From positions 5,673,725 through 5,737,724 of the forward strand of contig NC_057759.1 in assembly GCF_004010195.1 (NCBI RefSeq): 64,000 nucleotides of DNA. The letters run 5' to 3'. Position 1 is the stretch's first letter. Each line of letters begins with the position of its first letter. The DNA comes from Chiloscyllium plagiosum. Its lineage: Eukaryota. The notes under the pieces are model-generated. The model was not told the DNA's origin. It did no database searches and saw only the letters and a program-made list of their open reading frames with translations. Positions 13,272-24,699 of this stretch are shown here, piece after piece. A program made the position numbers and the translations under genes.

Positions 13272-14310
13272 AGTGGAAAGGCAACAATTCGTAAGGAAGA
13301 TAAGTTAATAAATAGGTCTGTGTGCGCTTAACTGGTCACTCCTGTAGGCCCTTAGCCATCCATCAGGTCGGAAAAACACATCCAGCCCAGTCAGTGCCTG
13401 TTGGTGAGGTAGGTCCCTGTCATAAAGAGGTATCAGTCTAAACTAAGTGTAAGAAGTCATAAGGTAACCTTGCACAGCTTGCATCTCGGATATCATTGTT
13501 TTACAAAATGGCATCTTAGTGAGGAGGGCAAACTTTGACCATAAAATGGTTTCCTGACAGATTGTGTCAGAATCTCTTCAATGTTAGGTTTAGAATAATT
13601 TTTAAACTAGGAGCAGACTCCTGTTTTTTACCTTAAACACAAAATCATTCTGTATCTGAGGCAGAAATGTTAAATTTTAAATGGTTTATTAGTCTCAAAT
13701 TAAACATTCTTTCTAGGGTTGTGATTCAAAGAAGACAGAAGATCTGACAAGTTAGAACTGACAGTGGGGCATTCGTGGTGTGTAGGAACACCAAGTAAGT
13801 TAAAGCTTCATCAATATTACATTTTAGAGTTGGCATTTCATAATCAGCGATGGCTACTCAAAATCATCATAAAGACCCAAAATGCAAATAAATTCAAAAT
13901 ATGCATCTCTTTCTCTCTTACATGCGCACACACACACGGGTAATAAGAATCCATTATAATTGTTAGCACCTGACCGTTTATTACAAGGCTTTTGACATGC
14001 TTCTGAGATGATACAAAGTTTCCGAGATCACAATCAAACACTGTCATTAAATTAATACGTTAACAACTGTGAATGTTACCACTGTGTCTTTTTTATACAG
14101 ATTCATTGATGTTGAGGCAAATGTTCTTAATTGCTTTAGAGCATCCTGTTATCACTTGGTGAGAACAGATGTTTTTTTATCTTCTGCACATCCTAGGTTC
14201 CCCTTTTTGTGGCCTGATGCCTCCCTGCCTGCCCTGTTTATTTTCTTGTGTTCTATAATTCAACATTACATTTAGTCTAAGTATTTAAGGACCAGTTTTA
14301 AGGCTTACTA
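13272..14310 (-). mobile_element. Partial solo LTR related to ERV-B LTRs
   Basis: Colinear with 34900-36078 (gtcataaggtaaccttg, ttttacaaaatggc, gaccataaaatgg...cagattgtg, gtttaaggct end). Confidence 0.85.
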
Positions 14311-15884
14311 ATTATACTCACTCAGATGCCTTTTAAATGTTATAATTGTACCGGACTCCACCACTTCTCTATGCGCCTTATGATTTTATAAACTTCTATA
14401 AGGTCACTCTCCAGGGAAAACAGTTCCAGCCTGTTCAGCCTCTGCCTACAGCTCAAATTCTCTAACCGGGATGAAGCATATTTACATGAAGTTTATGTGT
14501 GACTGAGAAGGACAGAATTTTAATCCTTGACTGAATAGTTGTCACTTACCGAGATGACAATTAAATAATGTGAATTTCAAATAGACAATTTATACAGGTA
14601 GCTCATGTGCTATACTTGCAACATGTCCTTTCTATAACCCACTAACAATACAACTTGATAAACTTCTGCCCATTTCTCATTTGCCTGAATGTGATGTTCT
14701 CCATTTCCTCATTAAGACATAATTTTTAAGATAATAACAATCAGGGATATATTTGGATTCATTTTGTGTATGCCTTTTGATACACTTGCTTTAAATTTTC
14801 ATCTTTTTGCTGTAACTCTGTTAGTTGTAACTTTGCTAGTTGTTTTAAGCGGGTGTAACGAAAATATTCCAGGAGAAATGCAGCTGGTCAAACCATGTAG
14901 TTTTAAACCAAACAGTTTGATTTACAAATTTATCGAAAGATACACAAACAAAAGAGAACAGTTTACTAAATAACTTAAAAATCTGAAAGCCCAACCGGTT
15001 ACACCAACTTAATGATGGTGTTCCCAACATTTGCAACAATGCCCATAAATAGCCCCTGGCACAAAAGGAAAAATCAAACACAGGGTCTCACAGGAGAGAT
15101 ATCAGACAGAGAGTACAATCATGGACCTTCTTCTTTGGGTTCCGCAGCTTTTTCAACTGCCTGACTGCTTTCAGGCAATAGCCAGACAGCCAAAAAACAC
15201 ACTTGTAACCAGAGAAAAGCTGAGCTGGGAAAACTGGGACACTCCCCTTTCGTTGTACAAGTGTTCTTTTTAAAAATGTGGAAGCCTTTTGCCTGAGGCA
15301 TTACCCGTTAGCTATAATCAAAATGGCCCTGTCAGATCGAAGAACATCCTTTCCACAGTCACAGCGTGAATTGAGTCAGACTCACATTGAGCTCCATTCC
15401 AGAGAGATATATTCAAACCAAGAGTCAAACACCTCCGAGGAAATGGAAGTTTATATTTTTTATCTACATTCGCAATGCATGCTACCCAGTTCCAATCAAT
15501 TTGAATGAATCCTCATACGAAATATACACTGCATTAAATCTGAACATGGAACGGTACAGCACAGGGTCCTTCAGCCCACGATGTTGTGCCGAATGAAATT
15601 TAAACCCTTCTGCCTGCCCATGGTCCATATCCCTCCATTTCTTGCATGTTAATTTGCTTATTTTAAAGTCCTTTCAATATCTTTTATCGTATCTGCCTCC
15701 ATCACCACCCTTGGCAATGTGTTCCACTCCTACCACTCTCTACATTAAAAGAGGTCCTTAGGTCTCCTTTGAACTTTCCCCGTCTCACCTTATCTGCATG
15801 CCTCTTAGTTTTAGACATTTCAACTCTTGGAAAAAGATTCTGACCATCAACCTTAAACATGCATCTCATAATTTTATAGCTTTC

Positions 15885-16450
15885 TGGATGTTGGTTTGCT
15901 CACTGAGATGGAAGTTTTGCTTTAGATGTTTTGTAGGTAACATCAGTGAGCCTCCAGATGAAGCCCACTTTCTGTTTATAGGTTTAGGTTTCCTTGGGTT
16001 GGTGATGTCATTTCCTGTGTAGTGTTGTTTCCTGTGGTGATGTCATTTAGTGGTCATTTTCTCGGGGGTGGTAAATGGGATCCAAGTCAATCTGTTTGTT
16101 GATGGAGTTCCGGTTGGAACACCATGCTTCTTGGAATTCTTGTGTATGTCTTGGTTTGACTTGTCCTAAGAGGGATGTGTTGGCCCAGTCGAAGTGCTGT
16201 CCTTTCTCATCTGTATGTAAGGATACTAGTGAGAGTGGATCATGTCTTTTTTTGTGGCGAGTTGATGTTCATGTCTCCTGGTGGCTAGGTTTCTGCCTGT
16301 TTGTCCAATGTAGTGGACACATAAATAAAAAGCGGGCCATACCGCCAGTGCTTCATCCAGGGGCTCACTGATAATGGTACCTAGTATGGTGACAAAACAT
16401 CCAGGTCAGTGAGAAAACCTAGATCAAGAACCTCAACCTGAGCTATAACT
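15885..16450. mobile_element. Penelope-like element remnant (third family, GIY-YIG C-terminal region, inverted structure)
   Basis: Minus strand encodes YIGQTGRNLATRRHEHQLATK...FDWANTSLLGQ...EFQEAWCS; degenerate hammerhead CTGATAATGGTACC...GGTGACAAAAC at ~16368-16399. Confidence 0.65.
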
Positions 16451-17510
16451 CTTCAAATTTTACAGACTTCTGTTAAGTCTGCCCTCAGTCTCTGCTGCTC
16501 AGAAGAAAACTATTTGTGTTTTTCTAGCTTCTCTTTATAGCTCATTCCCTCTTGACAACATTCTGGCAAACCTCCCTGCACCCTCTCTAAATCCTCCATG
16601 TCCTTCCGGTAATGTGCTGACCACAATTGAAAAATCACGCAACACCAGATTATAGTCCAGCAGGTACATTTGGACGTACTATTTTTCAGAGCGCTGCTCC
16701 TTCATCAGGTAGCCATGAAACAGGATCATGAGACACAGAATTTATCGCAAAAGATTATAGTGACATGCAACTGAAATGATATTTTAAAGAAACCTAGATT
16801 GCTGTTCAGTGTTTCATCTTTTAGAATGGGTTGCAAGTTTCAGTTCATTAATAAATACATCCCAGAACTCCTTTTAAGTCACATTCCAAAGATGACTTCA
16901 GACTTCATTTAAAAAAGGGTGACATCTCAACTCAGACAATGTTTTAAAGGTGTGAGGTTAGAGACTGTCTGTATCCTAGTCTTGAGTCAGGCTGTTTCTA
17001 TTGCAGAAAAGGCGCTGGTCCTGGTGGCCACTTTAGCTCCCCCTCCCACTCCACCAATGACATGTAGGTCCTTGGTCTCCTCCATCGCCAGATCTTGGCC
17101 ACGGACCTGGTTGTGGGTTTGGAAGATGCTGCCTGAGGAGCTTTGGTGAATTTCTGCAGGGCATCTCGTAGCTGCTACTGAACACGGGTGGTGGATGTGG
17201 TGCCAACCAAGCAGGGGCTGCTTTGTCTCTGGATGGTGTTCGGATTCTCAAGTGTGGTCTACAATGTGCACTGCAGACATGACTGAGCAGTGTGTGTTTG
17301 CGCACGTGAAACTATGCGTAAGTGTCAATGAAAATGTGTCTCTCTCTCTCTCTCACACACAGACATGTACACTTTCATACTCTCACTCAAACGTACTCAC
17401 ACACATACTCTCTCATACGCACACTATGTGAGCAACATCAGTTTGAAATGTACATCGAGTGCCAACTGGAGAACGATCACCGGGATTACCTGCTGGAGTG
17501 TCTCACTCAC

Positions 17511-17612
17511 CTTGTTTCCAATCCCCGAGTTTAATGGGAAGCAATGTGAGGAGAGAAAGGATCAGAAACAGTGGGACAATGAGTACTGCCATCTCAGTGC
17601 TGCGTGCCTGTG
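17511..17612 (-). pseudogene. Transmembrane exon of an Ig-superfamily receptor (phase 1-1)
   Basis: acceptor ctctctgaatccag, 102-nt exon QARSTEMAVLIVPLFLILSLLTLLPIKLGDWKQ, donor AG|gtgagt. Confidence 0.6.
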
Positions 17613-18794
17613 CTGGATTCAGAGAGGGATTTCCTGTCAATAACATCATCCCTTCAGCAAACACCAAGCCCAGTGTTCCCTGTCGCACTGACCCCCTGCG
17701 AACACTAGTTCGTTTGGAGGGAAACCCTCGTGTCTGAAAATTCCCTCCAAACCCTCACCATTGCAGTAGCATCATTGTTTCTGTGCAGCCTGTCTCATTA
17801 ACAATATCCCACCAATTCAACCTAAACTATTCGATGCTAAATTCAAAAGATCGCTCTGTACCAACTCTCTCTAAATTGTCAACTAGAAATTACTGTCTCT
17901 CATTTTCACGGCCTGCATATATCGAGGCAAAACTTGTCCTCCACCAGTCGGCGGCAACTGGGCCATTCACAGAGAAACATTCGCCATTCGTCCCCCTCTA
18001 GTCTGCTCCACCCATTCAAAGGGATCATGGCTGATCACCCAACACAGTCTGCATCTGCAGACCTCACTTTCACCCAACACAGTCCCTTGTCTCCCCGCAT
18101 TCTCCCTTTAGCCCCAAATAACTCAATCCAACTCCTTCCTGAACAACATTCAGTATTCTGGCCCTGACTGCTTTCTGAGACAGAGAATTCCACAGGCTCC
18201 CCACTCTCTGGGTAAAGACATTTCTCCCCATCTCAGTCCCACTCCATTTCCTTTTGACTGTGCCCCCCTGGTTCTGGACTCTCCGCCCGGTCACTGGGAA
18301 CACCCTCCCCATGTTTATTCTGTTTCATCCTTGTTCAAGCTTATAGGTTTCTGGGAGATTCCCCCTTAATTCTTCTAAACTCCAGTGAGAGTCACCCTAA
18401 TCATTCAGTCTCTCTCCATCTGTCAGTCCTATCATCCCAGGAATCATTCTGGGAAACCTTCGCTGCACCCCCTCCATAGGCACAATATCCTTCCTCAAAT
18501 AAGGAAACTTCAAACTGCTCTCAGTTCCCCAGGGTGTGGTCTCACCGTGTCCAATTGTAGCGAGACATTGCTTCACTTGGACTTGAATCCTCTTGCTATG
18601 AAGGCCTCCCTTATCTGAGAAAGGATATTACTCTCTCTTTCTCACTCTCTCTTTCTCCCTCCCTCCTCTCCCCACCCCCCCACAGATGCTGCTGACCTGC
18701 TGAGTTTCTGAAGCAATTTTTTAGTGTTCATGTCAAGACTTCAGCTCGACTCCAGTGAAGAACATGCACAGATCAAAGATGAAGAATAAATTAC

Positions 18795-19094
18795 CTGGCT
18801 CTGTGAGGTTGATGGAATTCCTGGTCACATTAAATATCGTTCCAACCCCTGTTGATTGCGACGCACTGGTATCTGCCTTGGTGCTGGGACTGGAAGGACT
18901 CAATGGCCAGCTCTCTCCTGTCTGAGCTAAAGTTGTAATTCCCGCTGGCATTGTTTAAGGCTTATCTTTGTAAGTACCATTGAAAGTACAGTCCTGTACG
19001 TCGACACAAAACACACACTCTGGAACAAGACGATTCCCAAGTGGATCCTCCATTTTATTGACTCTGAGGGTGAGGAAAACCCCAGCAACAGGAA
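18795..19094 (-). pseudogene. Disrupted Ig-domain exon, Fc-receptor-like (FCRL-type)
   Basis: acceptor ttgttttgttccag, PVAGVFLTLR...GNRLVPEC / GLYFQWYLQR*...SSDRRELAIESFQSQHQGRYQCVAIN / IFNVTRNSINLTEP, donor AG|gtaatt; needs 2 frameshifts and has an in-frame stop. Confidence 0.7.
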
Positions 19095-19369
19095 CTGGAA
19101 CAAAACAAGACAAAGAGGAAATAAAAGATTGGATGTTGAAATTGTCTTTTTTTCACAGATGTTATCTTCTATGACAGAATAATAACTGACAGGAGAAATA
19201 AAACAATTGAGATTTCACATCGTTGCAAAGTCTCCATCTGTTGTAAAATCTACACTTTGAAAGATTTGTGTTAACTATGGATGGTCAAATGGAACATCAT
19301 CCAACCATTGCCTCCTGATGTTCAATGGTATTACCAATGCAGTCCCCAACCCCTGCAATGTCAAATCTT

Positions 19370-19640
19370 GGTGGTTACTGTCACTGTTCCCACTCCCCGC
19401 AGTATCAACATCTGCGGGTTACTGTCACTGTCCCCACCCCCAAACCACATTCAAAATCCTGGGAGTTACTGTTACTGTCACTGTCCCCACACCCCACAGT
19501 AACAACATCCTGGGGGTTACCGTCACTGTCCCCACCCCAACCCCACTGTCAACATCCTGCGGGTTACTATCACAGTCCACCCCACCACACTGTCAACATC
19601 CTGGGGGTTGCCATCACTGTCCCCATCCCACACCCCACTT
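19370..19640. repeat. Degenerate minisatellite (~40 bp unit)
   Basis: Recurring caacatcctgggggttactgtcactgtccccacccca-like units. Confidence 0.8.
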
Positions 19641-21289
19641 TGATCATCATCCATGCCAGTCAAAAGCAACCACATCTTTGTTTTCTAATACCATACTCCC
19701 AGTCGTAAGGTCACAGAACAGAAATAGGCCCTTCAGCCCAACACATCTATGCTGACCAGGTCCCCAAATGGAACTAGTCCATTTGCTTGTGTTTGGCCCA
19801 TATCTGTCAAAACCTTTCCTATCCATGTATCTTTCCAAATGTCTCTGAAAGGTTATTACTGTACCCACTTCTACCACTTCCTCTTGCAGCTCATTCCAAA
19901 TATGCACCACCCTCTGTGTGAAAAAGTTAACTCTCAGGTCACTTTTTAAAAATCTTTCCCCTCTCACCTAAACCACTGCCCTCTAGTTTTGGACTCCCTG
20001 CCCTGGGGAAAAAAGACCTTGGCTACTCACCTTCTCCAAGCCCCTATTTCTGCAACAATATACATATGAAACATCAAGAACCACTTAATCTGACTCTAGC
20101 CTTGGATTGGAAGTGCACATATAAATCGTTCTTCGATGTGATGAGGATTTCTGCCTCTCCCACTCTTACAGGCAGTGAGTTCCAAATTCCCTACCACCCT
20201 TTGAGTGAAAATGTTTTCCCTCACATCCCCCTCTGAACCTCCTGTTCCTTACCTTCAATCTATGCCCCTCCCCCAGTCATTGATCCCATCCTTCAAGGGG
20301 GTGGTGGAGGTTTCTTCCTGTCTACACCCCTCATCATTTTATACATCTCAATCATGTCCCCATACTCTCAATCTGTTCTGCTCTAAGGAAAACAACGCCA
20401 GTCTGTCCAATCTCTCTCCATCACTGAAACTCTCCAGCCCCCAAGGCAACATCCTGGTAAATCTCCCTCTGTGTGCTTCCCCAGTGCTATCACATTGCTC
20501 TGGTAATGTCGATTTGTATAGAGATGCTTAAAAATTCATTGAAATGGCAATACATTTGCAGTTCAGGAGAGACTCTGCCTGCTGGTTAGAAACAGCACAA
20601 TGCTAATTGCCCTCTTGACTTTTGCTGATGTTGATTGTGTGTAGGGTTCTGTAGTCGTTGGAGTATTCTCACTAAACCTCTCACCATCCTTACAGAAAAT
20701 ATATTCAACTGGGGTCAAACAGAGTAGTTTAACGAAGTGCTGTCTCCCTCCATTACCTCATTTCCAGAGCGGGCAGTCAGCTCTAGGACTGACACAGGGA
20801 TGCCTGAGATTAAAGCAAACTGTTAGGCACTTTTCTAAGGCAGGAGTTGTTGTTGTGTTCAGCAACAGACAGTACTCTCACCATACAGTCAGAGAGAGTT
20901 ACAGAGTCACTGATAGTCAGAGAGAGACAGAGGGTCACAGAGAGGCAGGGAGAAACAGAGAGAGACATAGACACACACAGGGACACAGAGTTTTAAAGAA
21001 ACACAGTCAAACAGAGTCAGAAAGAGGCACAAAATCACAGCGTCATCGAGATTAATCGACAAGAGTTAAAGCAAGTCATAGACAGGCAAACAGAGAATGA
21101 TAGAGACCTCGCGGTTTGTTCAAGATCAATCGACATAATCAGAGAGTTAAAGCAAATCATGGACAGTCAGTTACAGAGATAGATGTACAGAGACAGGGAG
21201 ACGGAGAGAGACCTCGCGGTTTGTACAAGATGCCTCACTGGGGGGGATCTCTCCTGTCCCCCTCCACCCCCCAATAACCACCATCCTGA

Positions 21290-21510
21290 CCCTCGGGAAC
21301 GGGACATGTTGACACAGTCCGCTCTCCCTCGGCGCTTTTCCTTCCCGCGTGGCCCCGGCGCCATTTTAGCTTCAGGCCCCGCGCGAGATGGCGGTTAACG
21401 GCCGCCTCGTGCCCCAAGTGACCGTTAGCAGCTGCTTCAGGGGAAAGGCTCTTTAAAGGGACAACCCTTTCAGGAGAGAGAAACAACAGGGCCGGCTCCG
21501 GGACTCGCCA
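21290..21510. promoter_or_regulatory. CpG-rich promoter-like island
   Basis: High CpG density; YY1-type motifs on both strands (CGCCATTTT ~21359-21367, AGATGGCGG ~21386-21394); minus-strand donor-like ca|gtgagg at 21238. Confidence 0.5.
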
Positions 21511-21999
21511 AACTCAATAATAATGACAAATACACACAGACAGAGGTGGGAGTGAACAAGAAATTGTGCGGCGGCACATCAAGACCAAAGGCCACTCTCC
21601 CGAAGGACGGCTGCCCCGGACTCGAAACGTTGACTCCGCTTTCTCTCTGTCTGTCTCTGGACAGATGCTGCCAGGCCTGAAGCACAAACAAGGTCCTCGG
21701 GGGTGAGTCCGAGTTCAGGATCCTGTTAAGGTTCGGTTGGCAGATGGATGATAGTGTGGGAGGGTATGCAATGGGATTAGAAGAATAGAGGCGGAGACTG
21801 TTTCCTAAATGGGGAAAGGTTTCGGAAATCTGAAGCACAGATTAACAGGCAGGTTCAGTTGGTGGTTAGGAAGGCAAATGTAATAAAGAACAAAGAAAAT
21901 TTATAGCCCAGGAACAGGCCCTTTAGCCCTCCAGGCCTGAGAGGATCCAAATCCACTGTCTAAACCTGCCGCCCAATTCCTAAGCATCTGTATCCCTCT

Positions 22000-22575
22000 T
22001 GTGAGAAATAAAACTCACAGTATAATAAATTTCAGTCCGAGTCAAAATCTGAAGCAGCGAATTTTATTGAAACCTTCTTACAAGAAGGGGTGACTAGTGG
22101 GCACACACATTCAGGGATTGCTTTACAACTTATACAGTATTAATTTTTGGTACTCCCTGTTTACCTCCTCGGCCTTCATACCTATCAATCTCCCTTATTG
22201 TGTTCTACCACTACCCAGCTGCACTCTGCCCTTATTACTTCCCCTGCCCTTCTCCTCTCTCCTCTCCTTTCCAAATTGGCGACCCTCCCCTCTGTAAGTG
22301 CTGACATAAGGCTTTTGCTAAACTTGGATCTTTATGCTCTTTTCACTTTTATCTGTTTGCTTGTAACATCTTCCATTGTTCATCGGTACATTCCATTCCT
22401 GAATATACATTTCAACAATGTGCCTTTTCTTGCCTAGTTTAATGCGTTTCAGCTATCTCAGCTATTTTGCTGAGACTGTAAATTATTTAAACTATCATGA
22501 TGGAAAATAATTATGCACTAAAGTTAGTACACAATTATACTTGCAGAAGTAACACTGTTTTACCTATATCCCACA
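22000..22575 (-). repeat. ERV-A 3' LTR
   Basis: TG...CA termini, homologous to 29948-30525; PPT AAAGAAAAAGGGGGAAAT immediately upstream on minus strand (22576-22593). Confidence 0.95.
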
Positions 22576-22703
22576 ATTTCCCCCTTTTTCTTTAATTATC
22601 ATTTGTTATCTTCTGCATTTTTAAATATATGTCGCTTCCAAATTGACCAACATCTTTTCCAAAATTTCTTTTTTTTGGAATCTTCCCGAGGTCACTTATT
22701 CCC

Positions 22704-24610
22704 TCATTGTTTAACAGATAGAACCCTTCTCCCCCCCCCGGGATTGTTCTTTAGAGGCATTTGTGCAGCCAAAGCTGTTTTAATCAACCTTTGGATTAAC
22801 GCCCGTGCGCAAGGCAAGATACAGCATCGTATTGCGATTATACTCCCACCACTACGATCAAGGAGGTAAGGATTGAAACCACCACACCCTTCCACTTCCC
22901 AAACCATAATTCTAGCCACCCGGTGAATGATGTGCTGACTCCTGAATTTTCAGCTAATTCTTTGGCTAGTGTTGTTGGACCTTGTAGGGCTTAAGTAATA
23001 GACCCATCTGGAGCAGTGTTATTTGGAATAAAGGTACAACTGCTCCCTCTGAACATCACACATACTCCCTCTTTTTCTGCTAGGATCGTATCAAGGGCCA
23101 TTCTATTCTCCCATGCCATTCGGCTGGTTGCATCAAGTTGTTCGGCTATTCCTTTAATTGCGTCTCAAGTGTGATTGATAAACCTTTGCTTATTATAGAA
23201 AATATAATTTATCCAATCCACATTTTTGTTAACTGCTACCCACCAAAACAGAGCTGATTCAAAGCCTGCCGTGATCTGGTTATGAGCCTTAAATTCATCA
23301 GGTAACCCTCTTGGGACTCCTATAGAGTCTAGATATATCTGATCATCAAACAAAGTACCCAATAGTGTCCTCTTACTTCGTCCCCCTTTCTTTACTATCT
23401 CTTTCTTTTCAAATGCCAAGGTGAACAGAATTGCCAATTGTACAATTGCACACATGCCCTTCCAATCTGGAGGTAGGGTGGTTCTCAATATTTTCCCTCT
23501 GCAGTATCACCACAGATTCGCTCGGGAATCCTTAATGCTGAGTAGTTCCCTCCCTTTTCCATCACGTACTCAATCTCAGTACATGATTTCAGCTTCCCCC
23601 AAATATCTGGACCGATCTGTTCCTCACCTGTTTACACATGATGTGTGATTTCTGACAACAGCAGAAAACATGGGGGGGGGGGGGTGTCTTTAAACCTTCG
23701 TTCTTTAAGAGAGGGAACATTAATAGAAGGGGCATACAATCTTTATTACTCCATGTAGTCTCATCCTGATACAGGGCTATCATGCATGTCATGCCCCTCC
23801 TGTTTCGCTTCCATCCGAGCGGAAAGGGGACTACTTGGGCCATTGGTCTCCCAGAGGCACATGCATAACAATTGCTTTTATTCAAACTTTTCACAGTGTA
23901 CTTTACCCATTCAGCCCAGACATTTGTATCCCCATATCCTGTTTCTACTTCAGTGGTCTGCTTTAAGTCCTTTACCTCTACAGTTTTTATCACCTTAGGG
24001 TCAGAGTAAGGGACTTTACTCTTCCTTTCTCCTACTAGGGTTCTATCTTTCACCTGTATTTTAAAACAACATCCCAGGAAATTCTTCCCGTCTGCTTTCA
24101 TCTCTATCCCAAATATTTGGTCTAATTGGACTTGATAGATTTCACCTCTAAAACTGCTTCATACCATGAGGTTTTGTTTATTGTTAAATATATTGGGTTA
24201 CACTTTTTATTGGGACAGTCAAGAGCTGGCTGGAAGAGGCCTCAGTGTACTGTAATGAGTGGATTAATCAAGAGATCACCTCTGAGGTCTTCCTGCCTCC
24301 GCCATTCTTTATCCCAAAGATATCCCTTACACTTCTCTCTCTGGGATACTTTCATCCCGTTAGTCTTATCCCATGCCCCACCCCCTTTTGGGACCTTTTT
24401 CATAGAACCTAAGATGTATCTCTGAGTTACTGTATTGCCTTTGAGTTTTTTTTTACATCTCCACAATCCACCAGGCTGCAGGCATCTGTTTCTATGACTC
24501 GTGGATTTGTACTTTGTGGAACTGTTATCACTGTAAGACGACCACACCATGGCCTGACAGAATCCTAAGACTAGTAAAGCTAATATAGTGCACCTAAACA
24601 TTCTTCCCAT
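22704..24610 (-). pseudogene. env: ERV-A env (frameshifted)
   Basis: Signal peptide MGRMFRCTILALLVLGFCQA, CYAC (CXXC), furin site RSKR, IGVPRGLPDEFKAHNQITAGFES, ISD-like WENRMALDTILAEKEGVC, TM region. Confidence 0.92.
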
Positions 24611-24699
24611 TTTACAGTGGTATTAAAGCACCGAGATACTTAGCATACAATACTACAGAAACTATCCCATGCTCGCGCTGCTACTGTATAATCAGTTAT

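Noticed and set aside
19281..19755. Cys/His/Pro/Thr-rich ORFs resembling mucin or metal-binding protein
   Set aside because: Translation of a minisatellite open in all three frames; no splice or start evidence.
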